9,212 bases of DNA from an archaeon (GCA_035387745.1 DAOOON010000024.1:1-9212), one strand, 5' to 3'. Numbered from the stretch's first letter, positions 1 through 6,779 are shown. Numbers and translations are program-made. Notes: a model not told the origin generated them from the letters alone.

Positions 1-3000
1 TTTTCTACTTCAATAAATGGATCTTCCATGTAAAGGGTTGCTGATTGTACGTTTATTTTTAAGTTCTTGTAGATGGTGGTTATTGGTGCATTATTGCTGT
101 TTAAGATTGAAACTTTTACTGGTATAAAATACCCTCCAGGAGTTTCTGGCTTTTTAATACCTGCAACAAGAGAGCTTTCTCCAAAATTAAAACTTAATTC
201 GTTTTCATTAAAGCCACTAAGATTGTTGTATTTTATATCTCCACAACCTTCAAAGGCATTTGGATTTGTTTCAATATCTTCACAGAAATTTAATCTAAAT
301 CTTCCAAGATCTGCACAGTTGTTCTTTACTGTGAGTTCTTTTACATCATAAGCATTTGTTTCTTTAGTAATAACAAACATGTCGTTTATCTTCTTACTAC
401 CATCATAGAAATCAATACAGTCTTGTATCTTTCTTATTGCTATGTTTGTTGTAAATGCTACGTCTTTTGTGGTATTTACATATTTTAGACCGTCGTTAGT
501 CTTAACTTGGCCATTAATGTAAATCTTTGTTTCTACATCTCCAAATTTCTTATCAAGAGAATAATAGGTAAGAACTGCACGATGTTCTCCTGGAGCTAAA
601 TTTTTTAATATTGTTGTGTAACTGCCTTCTGAAAGAGTTATGGTTTTTCCATCAACCATTAAATTATAACTACCAAAAATATCTTTAGAATTAACAATCT
701 TTGCTCTTATTGTGTCAAGAGCTAAACTTTGTTCGTCATTTCCTTTGACTTTACAATTATTAAATATATCAAAGCTAAAAGACACAGAATCATTACTGCT
801 TACAACTTGCTTCCAAGGATTATTTGCGCCTTGTATTACTAAACAATCATCTTCTTCTACGCCTTCGCCAACAGAGATCTTTAGGCTTATTGGAATATTA
901 AATGGATATTCTGATTCTGAGTTGTCTACAGAAACATAACCTATAATGTTACCAGTAATATTTAAAGTTTGAGTTAGCTCTTCTGCATCCTGAGAAGTTG
1001 CAATCTTTATTCTTAGATTTTCTTCACCGTTTGCTGGTATTACAATATTACCAACTTGGCTATTTAGAGATTGCTGTAATTTTGAAAGATTTAGGTAATT
1101 AGAATATCTAAAGCTAAAGCTATTGTCTTTAAATGGCTTTAATCTTAACGGATAATCTGTGTTATTTACTATTGTTAAAACCCTTTCTGTACCGTCAGGA
1201 TTTGCCTTGTTAATGTTAATTGTAAATGGCGTGTTGTCTGTTATTTTTGTATTATCCTGTTTTAAAGAAAGAATATTTTGTTCTACCGTAAATTCTACTG
1301 GCTCAGCATAATATCCGCTTTTATCAATATTAATAATTATTCTTTCGCCCATATTAAGAGATGGCATAGGTATTACTGCTTTACCATAATCGTTTGTTCT
1401 GATTGTTCCACTTGTTATCTTTATCTGTTGATTATTTGCTCTTCTTTGATAAATATTAACAAGAGCGCCAGCTACTGGTAAGCCGGACTCATCTAAAGAA
1501 ACAATTGTAAGATCAAATGGCTTATTTGGAACGATATTTTTTGGCTCATAATTAATAGTAAAAGGATATTGCTGAGATACATTAAAAGTTATAAACTCAT
1601 TATAAACAACAGATTGATTAGAAATAATCTTGTTCTGGAATCTGGAAGTTCCAAGAACTGCTGGCTTAATGTTTGTGTTAACATCAATTTTATCATAAAC
1701 ATTTATTTGTAAAGAATTTAGATATTCTGACGTAAATGGAATCTTGTTTCTTAACTGGTTTCCTGAAGACTCCCTAGCATTAAATCTGCCACCAGAAATA
1801 TTATAGCTAATAATATCAATTGCACTAGCAAGCATTTCTGTTGTATTTTCAACATTTGCTATTGATAGTCTGTTGTTATTGTAAACATTTGATTTTGCAT
1901 TAGTTAAAACATACTTTAGATTATATGCTTTATTTACAACTAGATTATTAATTTCTGCTAAATCATAAACAATATCTTCCTCAATATCTACATACTGGCC
2001 AGATAAACAAAAAGTCTCTGAACAGATTTCTGCAGTATCAATATAATATACTTTTTGATTTATTAAATCGTCTAATATTGGTGGAATAGTTGTAAACACA
2101 GAATAATAAATTGGTGCTGCTTGGCCCCTGTATGCTTGAACTGTTCCAACTGGAACTAATATTTCATAAACACCAACAGAAGCATTTACAAACTTTGCAT
2201 CAATTGCTTTTGCGTGAATGTCTGGTGTCACTATTGTTAAATTTTTATTACTATAATAACTAATATTTGCCTTTGAATCATACATTGTTCTTATATATAC
2301 TATATCCTCTTCTGCGGTTTCTTTATCTCCTGCTAAGAACCTCAAGCCAATATTTCCTGCTGTTGGATTGATTAGTCTAAACTTAAAATAGAACTTTGAA
2401 TTTTGAGTTAAATACTCTACTTTTTGATTTTGCTCATTAAACAGACCAACAAAGTCTGCTGTAAGAAGACTAACTGTTCCGGTTCTTATTAATTTTATGT
2501 CTTTGTTGATTGTTTCTCCACTAATTATTGGTATTAATTCTGTATAATAATCATAATATCCTTCTTTTGAAATCTTTGCATAAAGTATCTTGTCTGCTTT
2601 TATAGTTTTAGCATACTCTCCGTTCTGTGCTGCTTGGTCTGTTCCAATCTCTTCGCCTAATTGATTATATAATTTAATGCTTGCAAAGCTTATTGTTTCT
2701 TCATTTATGTTTTTAATATTAAATCTTATAGTTCCAGTTCCAACATTTATTGTCATTGGCAGATTTGTATCTGCTGGGGGTGTGTGAGTGAATTTTTGAG
2801 AAGAAGAAACTACATTTGTTTTTCTTAGTTTTATGAAATATCTGCCTTGAGCTATACTTTCAAAACTGACTTTCCCAGATTCATCAGTAACTAAAGAATC
2901 ATATCTTGTGTCCTGGAATTCGTTGTCTCCATTATAGATAATTAAAGTTGCACCAATTACTGGAAGGTTTTCTTCATCAATGACTGTAACATTAATATCT

Positions 3001-4292
3001 GAAACATTACTTACTGTTTCTTTTTCTAAATTTATAAGATAGCTGTTTGTATTTGGAGTAATCTCTCTAGTGGCTGCAAGATAGCCTGGGGCTCTAACTG
3101 TCAATGAATATTCTTTTGAAACATCTGTTCTAAATGAAATACTAGAACCTTCATAATTTTTAGTATCAACTGTTTGTAAACTGCCATTAGCATCAGTTAT
3201 CAATAATACTTGTGCTAAATCAGTAGAATCAAATTCTATACCAGTATCTAGATCTTTAACAATTACAGTTATGTCTCTTGTTTCTATTGTTGTATCGGTA
3301 TCTCCCGGATTTCCTTGCCCATTAACTGCTGGCATATCAATATTTATTTGTGTTTCTGTGTCTTTTGTTATAGTAAAAGTGCTTTCTGTGGATTCATATC
3401 TTAAGGAATCGTCTGTTGCAACAACTTTGTATTCTCCAATCTCAATATTAGCAAAAGATTTTGAACCCATTGTTGTTTGACCAGAAAAAACAGGATTAAT
3501 TCCGTCTTCTATTGTATATATCCTTAAAGTAATTCCATCAAGATAATTTGTGCCACTTTTTACTCTTATTGTTGCTCTACCTGTTCCTGTTACTGCGGCT
3601 TTTGGTGGAACATTTACAATGCCTGTTGCCTGATTTATTGGAATATTGCTACCAGAATAACTTGTACCAATTGCTGTTGCAACCATAGTTGTACAAGATA
3701 CTGGAACATCAAAGTTAGCTGTCCCGTTTGTTACTGTTGAAGAGGTTGGATTAATTGTTGTTCCATCTTGGCAAGTAATTGTTACATTTAGATTTTCAGA
3801 TATTGGTTGGCCATTTGATCCTACAAAAGTTAATATCTTTGATTGCGTACTTGGTAAATTAAAAATCAATACTGTAAAATTCTGTCTAGTCTTACTTAAA
3901 TCAATATCTGCTTCAAAATATTTATATCCTGCTTTATCAACAACAACAGAATAATTTCCAAACTTATTTAGTTCTAAAGAAAATTGACCATTATTCCCGG
4001 TTCTATAATTTTGAGTAAGGTCATTGCCATTATCTTTTAATTGAAACTCAAAATTTCTTAAGATTTCTCCACCGTCGTCTGCAAGTCCGATTGTAAATAG
4101 TATAGTTTGTGTGTTTTCTCCTGGTAGCCCAAATGGTTTAAATATAAGCAATAAAGCAACTATTATAATAATTATAAACAAAAAAAAAGAAGCTAATGGA
4201 TGTATTTTGTCAATTGGTTTTGTTAACAATTTGATTGGTATTCTGTTGTTTATTTTATCTAAAAAGCCTTGGTATTTTAAAGCAAATGACAT
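1..4292 (-). CDS. Giant membrane-anchored surface protein with tandem carboxypeptidase-regulatory-like beta-sandwich repeats; 3' end runs off the window (>=1430 aa)
   Basis: Hand reverse-complement translation in the frame of the ATG at 4292-4290 is open for 1430 consecutive sense codons down to nt 3, with no TAA/TAG/TGA. An in-frame TGA at 4301-4299 bounds the 5' end. It is absent from the ORF track, presumably because no stop codon lies inside the window. N-terminus: MSFALKYQGFLDKINNRIPIKLLTKPIDKIHPLASFFLFIIIIIVALLLIFKPFGLPGENTQ. Last residues in the window: ...NLKINVQSATLYMEDPFIEVE. A weak SD-like GGATGTGA lies at 4306-4299. An alternative TTG start at 4229 is possible but has no SD. Confidence 0.85.
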   Translation of the reverse strand, partial: MSFALKYQGFLDKINNRIPIKLLTKPIDKIHPLASFFLFIIIIIVALLLIFKPFGLPGENTQTILFTIGLADDGGEILRNFEFQLKDNGNDLTQNYRTGNNGQFSLELNKFGNYSVVVDKAGYKYFEADIDLSKTRQNFTVLIFNLPSTQSKILTFVGSNGQPISENLNVTITCQDGTTINPTSSTVTNGTANFDVPVSCTTMVATAIGTSYSGSNIPINQATGIVNVPPKAAVTGTGRATIRVKSGTNYLDGITLRIYTIEDGINPVFSGQTTMGSKSFANIEIGEYKVVATDDSLRYESTESTFTITKDTETQINIDMPAVNGQGNPGDTDTTIETRDITVIVKDLDTGIEFDSTDLAQVLLITDANGSLQTVDTKNYEGSSISFRTDVSKEYSLTVRAPGYLAATREITPNTNSYLINLEKETVSNVSDINVTVIDEENLPVIGATLIIYNGDNEFQDTRYDSLVTDESGKVSFESIAQGRYFIKLRKTNVVSSSQKFTHTPPADTNLPMTINVGTGTIRFNIKNINEETISFASIKLYNQLGEEIGTDQAAQNGEYAKTIKADKILYAKISKEGYYDYYTELIPIISGETINKDIKLIRTGTVSLLTADFVGLFNEQNQKVEYLTQNSKFYFKFRLINPTAGNIGLRFLAGDKETAEEDIVYIRTMYDSKANISYYSNKNLTIVTPDIHAKAIDAKFVNASVGVYEILVPVGTVQAYRGQAAPIYYSVFTTIPPILDDLINQKVYYIDTAEICSETFCLSGQYVDIEEDIVYDLAEINNLVVNKAYNLKYVLTNAKSNVYNNNRLSIANVENTTEMLASAIDIISYNISGGRFNARESSGNQLRNKIPFTSEYLNSLQINVYDKIDVNTNIKPAVLGTSRFQNKIISNQSVVYNEFITFNVSQQYPFTINYEPKNIVPNKPFDLTIVSLDESGLPVAGALVNIYQRRANNQQIKITSGTIRTNDYGKAVIPMPSLNMGERIIINIDKSGYYAEPVEFTVEQNILSLKQDNTKITDNTPFTININKANPDGTERVLTIVNNTDYPLRLKPFKDNSFSFRYSNYLNLSKLQQSLNSQVGNIVIPANGEENLRIKIATSQDAEELTQTLNITGNIIGYVSVDNSESEYPFNIPISLKISVGEGVEEDDCLVIQGANNPWKQVVSSNDSVSFSFDIFNNCKVKGNDEQSLALDTIRAKIVNSKDIFGSYNLMVDGKTITLSEGSYTTILKNLAPGEHRAVLTYYSLDKKFGDVETKIYINGQVKTNDGLKYVNTTKDVAFTTNIAIRKIQDCIDFYDGSKKINDMFVITKETNAYDVKELTVKNNCADLGRFRLNFCEDIETNPNAFEGCGDIKYNNLSGFNENELSFNFGESSLVAGIKKPETPGGYFIPVKVSILNSNNAPITTIYKNLKINVQSATLYMEDPFIEVE
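1275..1520 (-). repeat. Seventh CarboxypepD_reg-like module, separated from the first six by a 320-aa insert
   Basis: PFDLTIVSLDESGLPVAGALVNIYQRRANNQQIKITSGTIRTNDYGKAVIPMPSLNMGERIIINIDKSGYYAEPVEFTVEQ shows the same D..G.PV.GA.V / T...G / K.GY pattern. Confidence 0.6.
2481..4106 (-). repeat. Six consecutive ~80-87 aa beta-sandwich modules (protein-level tandem repeat, CarboxypepD_reg-like)
   Basis: Approximate module boundaries are 3861-4106, 3603-3842, 3330-3581, 3021-3278, 2742-3002 and 2481-2735. Module 5 is the clearest: SDINVTVIDEENLPVIGATLIIYNGDNEFQDTRYDSLVTDESGKVSFESIAQGRYFIKLRK. It fits the family pattern i.V.V.D..g.Pv.GA.v ... TD..G.f.f..l..G.Y.l.v.k.GY. Module 1 is TILFTIGLADDGGEILRNFEFQLKDNGNDLTQNYRTGNNGQFSLELNKFGNYSVVVDKAGYKYFEADIDL. 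The assignment is by motif recognition only; no HMM was run. Confidence 0.6.
4140..4193 (-). other. Signal-anchor / transmembrane helix of the giant protein (aa 34-51, ASFFLFIIIIIVALLLIF)
   Basis: An 18-residue uncharged hydrophobic stretch. It follows a Lys/Arg-containing 33-aa N-region and is followed by KPFGLPGEN. The positive-inside rule predicts N-in, with the bulk of the protein outside. Confidence 0.7.
4180..4188 (-). repeat. T9 homopolymer on the coding strand (A9 on + strand) within codons 35-38 (TCT TTT TTT TTG)
   Basis: Counted directly: c4179, a4180-a4188, g4189 on the + strand. Confidence 0.95.
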
Positions 4293-4330
4293 TATCTTTC
4301 ACATCCGTAAATATATATCTAAAATATATT

Positions 4331-4358
4331 TATAATTAAAGGAAATAAGGTATTTAAA
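4331..4358 (-). promoter_or_regulatory. Candidate promoter of the giant gene: TATA-box-like TTTAAATA (4358-4351) and TTTAATTATAAATA (4340-4327)
   Basis: Minus-strand spacer reads ...CTCACAGATACATTTAAATACCTTATTTCCTTTAATTATAAATATATTTTAGATATATATTTACGGATGTGAAAGATAATG. TTTAAATA matches the archaeal TATA consensus (TTTAWATA), 59-66 nt upstream of the ATG. The second element lies 35-48 nt upstream. In such AT-rich DNA these matches can arise by chance. Confidence 0.3.
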
Positions 4359-4370
4359 TGTATCTGTGAG

Positions 4371-4408
4371 GTTAAAAAGTTAATAAAAAAAGGGAAAGGA
4401 GAAAATAT
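4371..4408 (-). terminator. Hairpin-less oligo-T tracts immediately downstream of the 692-aa gene (possible archaeal-type termination signal)
   Basis: Minus strand after the TAA stop reads ATATTTTCTCCTTTCCCTTTTTTTATTAACTTTTTAAC, with a T7 run at 4391-4385 and a T5 run at 4378-4374. I could not find a convincing GC-rich stem-loop. Confidence 0.3.
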
Positions 4409-6487
4409 TTAAGGCTGCTTAGGATATTGCCAGGTCATACTTTCTGAACACCCGGTTTCTCCTGCTTTCCAACAGGATTCCTTTAATGGGCTTGGATATT
4501 CTCCTAAAATATAAGTATCTGCACCACTAAATATTCTGTTGTAAGGCCCATAAACAACAGCGGTGTTATATTCATTACATTTTTCTACACCGTAATAATT
4601 CTTTCCTTTATGCCTTACACAAACACATCTAAAGTGTGTTCCAACACCCGTATCAACACTATAATCTTGTATTATTGGATAGTTTTCTTTTATACAGGCT
4701 TTTCCTTTATTTGTGTAGATTATTTCATAATAATATTCATTTGTGACCACAGACCCAGTTTCACTTTCTGTTGTATCCCTTTTTGCTACGATACTTGGGA
4801 TGATTAATTGATCATCTGTATCAATATTTGCATTTAATCTTGATATTAATGATGCAATCTCGGAACCTTGATTAGGCATATTAATTAAATTATATTTTAA
4901 TTCAACACAAGTACTACAATAAAAATAATATAGTGATTTATAAACTTTTAATAATTTTTTATTATAAATGGTGTCTTTGTTTTTGAATATATCTAAGTAA
5001 AACTGAGAATAATAAATATTATTATCTGCGCCTTTATTTAAAATAAAAACGTATTTTTGAGTGTCTTTTGTTAGGCTATCTAAAGGCAAACTATAGCTGT
5101 TTGAATTAATTGTGTTAAAATTATTGACTCTTCCAAATTGATACATAGAGTTGATTGCCGAAATTATTTCGTTAGTTATTCTGTCTGCATTTTCTGAATT
5201 ATAATCAAATACTTTTATATAATTTACCTTATTAAAATACTCTGCGTCTAAATTAAAAGAAATATTAAGTGCACCATCTCCACTTACAATTTCATAAAAT
5301 TGTCCTGTATCGTCTAGAGCGGATGTAATGGATTCTGCTCCCCCGATAGAATAGGAAACAGTTTTATTTTTGTTTTCTATAATTTGGAAATCATAATCTT
5401 CGGGCAAATTAGAATTTAAAGTTACATTCAAATAATGATTAGTATAAATTATTCTTCCACTTCTTTCTTTTTTAAATAATAACACATAATAAACTCCTGA
5501 TGTTGTTGCCTCTAAATTAAAAGAATAATTTGAGCCGGTTCTTTTATCAAGATTTAGGGTGTCTTCAGAAACTAAATCTACAAACAAACTTTCTATTGAT
5601 TGTTTTATTGTATCTTTATTCTCTTCAGTAATTAAAACATAAGGATAAACAAAAAACTCGTCAAAACTTTCAGGAAGTGTAATATTAACTTGTAAATAGG
5701 TATCATCTATAGCCCAATTTATTTGACTATCTACTTTTTCAACATTATTAATTTGAGAATCTAATCCCCCAGTAGCATAATTATTTTCTGCAGTTTGATT
5801 TGATTCTTCTAAAGTCAATGCCGACAGTATGAGATTTGTATTTTCTGAATTTAGATGTTGCAAAAGGTTATTGCTAAATTTAATTTTAATAACTTCTGTA
5901 AATTCAGGATTTGCTAAATTTTCAGGGTTTTCTCCAAAATTTTCATAAGAATAAATTATAGTATATGCGACAGTATATTCTGAAAGCTCTTCTGTTTTAA
6001 TGGGAATTGATGTGACTGATGATTCTCCGGCGGTTTGTGCTCCAAAAACAACAGTGCCATCATTTCCAATATTTGTTTTTTGATTAACTACAATAGAAGA
6101 ACAAATAGTATTTTCTATTTCTAAATTGTTACAATAATCTGAAACTAATAGATTGCTATTTTGAGAATAAAAATCAGATATTAATTGATAAATTTCTGAA
6201 TCATTTTCAGTTTTAGAAAATATAAAAATAACATCTTTTGTTAAATTATTTTCTAACCAACTAGTATTGTATTTTAGATTAATTTCTGTTGGCGTTTGTC
6301 CTTCTGTTGCAGCGCCTGCAGAATTAGATTTAAAAATAGATATTTCTTCTAATATTCTCTGATTTGCTGACAGAGATTTGACTTCATAATTTTTTTCTGA
6401 AATTGCCACGGCTGAATAAACACTAGAAGAAAACACAATTAAAGATATAAAAATTATTAACAACTGAATTTTTTTATTTTTTATCAT
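4409..6487 (-). CDS. Secreted 692-aa protein of unknown function (three internal modules plus a Cys-rich C-terminal domain)
   Basis: ORF-track entry. ATG at 6487 lies 6 nt downstream of GGTG; stop is TAA at 4411-4409. N-terminus MIKNKKIQLLIIFISLIVFSSSVYS/AVAISEK is a canonical n-h-c signal peptide. I recognise no family. Confidence 0.85.
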   Translation of the reverse strand: MIKNKKIQLLIIFISLIVFSSSVYSAVAISEKNYEVKSLSANQRILEEISIFKSNSAGAATEGQTPTEINLKYNTSWLENNLTKDVIFIFSKTENDSEIYQLISDFYSQNSNLLVSDYCNNLEIENTICSSIVVNQKTNIGNDGTVVFGAQTAGESSVTSIPIKTEELSEYTVAYTIIYSYENFGENPENLANPEFTEVIKIKFSNNLLQHLNSENTNLILSALTLEESNQTAENNYATGGLDSQINNVEKVDSQINWAIDDTYLQVNITLPESFDEFFVYPYVLITEENKDTIKQSIESLFVDLVSEDTLNLDKRTGSNYSFNLEATTSGVYYVLLFKKERSGRIIYTNHYLNVTLNSNLPEDYDFQIIENKNKTVSYSIGGAESITSALDDTGQFYEIVSGDGALNISFNLDAEYFNKVNYIKVFDYNSENADRITNEIISAINSMYQFGRVNNFNTINSNSYSLPLDSLTKDTQKYVFILNKGADNNIYYSQFYLDIFKNKDTIYNKKLLKVYKSLYYFYCSTCVELKYNLINMPNQGSEIASLISRLNANIDTDDQLIIPSIVAKRDTTESETGSVVTNEYYYEIIYTNKGKACIKENYPIIQDYSVDTGVGTHFRCVCVRHKGKNYYGVEKCNEYNTAVVYGPYNRIFSGADTYILGEYPSPLKESCWKAGETGCSESMTWQYPKQP
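4412..4918 (-). other. Cys-rich C-terminal domain of the 692-aa protein (aa 524-692, 8 Cys)
   Basis: Cys at aa 524, 527 (CSTC), 598, 621, 623 (HFRCVCVRH), 637, 672 and 680. Only 2 Cys occur in the preceding 523 aa. Confidence 0.6.
4985..5695 (-). repeat. Two ~95-aa paralogous modules within the 692-aa protein (aa 265-357 and 406-501); a degenerate third copy lies at aa 40-107 (nt 6167-6370)
   Basis: Copy A: LQVNITLPESFDEFFVYPYVLITEENKDTIKQSIESLFVDL...SNYSFNLEATTSGVYYVLLFKKERSGRIIYTNHYLNVTL. Copy B: LNISFNLDAEYFNKVNYIKVFDYNSENADRITNEIISAINSM...SNSYSLPLDSLTKDTQKYVFILNKGADNNIYYSQFYLDIF. Copy 0: NQRILEEISIF...INLKYNTSWLENNLTKDVIFIFSKTENDSEIYQLISDFY. The block LTKD+[VY][IV]FI[FL].K.....IY recurs. 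Aligned by eye. Confidence 0.55.
6413..6487 (-). other. Sec-type signal peptide of the 692-aa protein (aa 1-25, predicted cleavage VYS/A)
   Basis: Basic n-region MIKNKK, hydrophobic core IQLLIIFISLIVF, and small residues at -3/-1 (V-Y-S before A). Confidence 0.7.
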
Positions 6488-6493
6488 ATTTTA

Positions 6494-6497
6494 CACC
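6494..6497 (-). promoter_or_regulatory. Shine-Dalgarno-like GGTG for the 692-aa gene
   Basis: Minus strand reads TAA CCGGTGTAAAAT ATG. GGTG is complementary to the conserved 16S 3' tail (CACCUCC), with 6 nt of spacing to the ATG. Confidence 0.5.
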
Positions 6498-6499
6498 GG

Positions 6500-6778
6500 T
6501 TAATTATTATCTACATTAATATTTTCATTAACATTTAAAGGAGTGTTTCGCACTATTATTTCTGGATTATAGTTTCTATTTACTAAGTCTTTATTTAGAT
6601 ATTGCGGACTTCTATTAATTTCTGTATTAGGGTCTTTTGCAGCATATTGATTATACATTAAGAAAATAAACGAAAATAACACAATAATTAATAAAATAAA
6701 CCAAAAAACAGAATGTTTTGATTTGTCTTTTACTTTTTTTAGTGTTATTTCTTTTTTCCTACTTTGTCTTCTATTCAT
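6500..6778 (-). CDS. Small (92 aa) single-pass membrane protein: basic N-terminus, one TM helix, Asn-rich exterior tail
   Basis: The ORF track lists 6500..6823 (107 aa) from a non-ATG start that overlaps the upstream gene by 44 nt. I prefer the ATG at 6778-6776. It lies 1 nt after the upstream TAA (TAAtATG), and AAGGA lies 5 nt upstream of it. Product: MNRRQSRKKEITLKKVKDKSKHSVFWFILLIIVLFSFIFLMYNQYAAKDPNTEINRSPQYLNKDLVNRNYNPEIIVRNTPLNVNENINVDNN. The TM helix is aa 23-42 (nt 6653-6712). Confidence 0.7.
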   Translation of the reverse strand: MNRRQSRKKEITLKKVKDKSKHSVFWFILLIIVLFSFIFLMYNQYAAKDPNTEINRSPQYLNKDLVNRNYNPEIIVRNTPLNVNENINVDNN

Positions 6779-6779
6779 A

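Noticed and set aside
73-3480. Four short plus-strand ORFs from the track (73..351, 712..939, 1278..1481, 3271..3480)
   Set aside because: All lie antisense inside the uninterrupted 1430-codon minus-strand frame. Two start at non-ATG codons. Their products are low-complexity and hydrophobic (Leu/Phe/Ile/Ser-rich), as expected from the reverse complement of an Asn/Lys/Glu-rich gene. None has an RBS.
4111-4335. Plus-strand 74-aa ORF spanning the 5' end of the giant gene and its promoter region
   Set aside because: It is antisense to the start codon, signal anchor and promoter of the giant gene. It contains the A9 run read as KKK and begins at GTG. It has no independent support.
4560-4680. DGR (diversity-generating retroelement) target-like motif: GVGTHFRCVCV resembles the ...GFRCV/A ending of C-type-lectin/FGE-fold variable proteins
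   Set aside because: There is no Asn/AAY-rich variable region in front of it, no GGSW-type motif and no template repeat or reverse transcriptase in the window. About 70 further residues follow the motif, unlike typical DGR targets. The idea is worth revisiting only if an RT/TR is found on the flanking contig.
4610-4807. Plus-strand 65-aa ORF inside the 692-aa gene
   Set aside because: It is antisense to the Cys-rich C-terminal domain of a well-supported minus-strand CDS. Its Cys/Phe-rich product is a mirror artefact.
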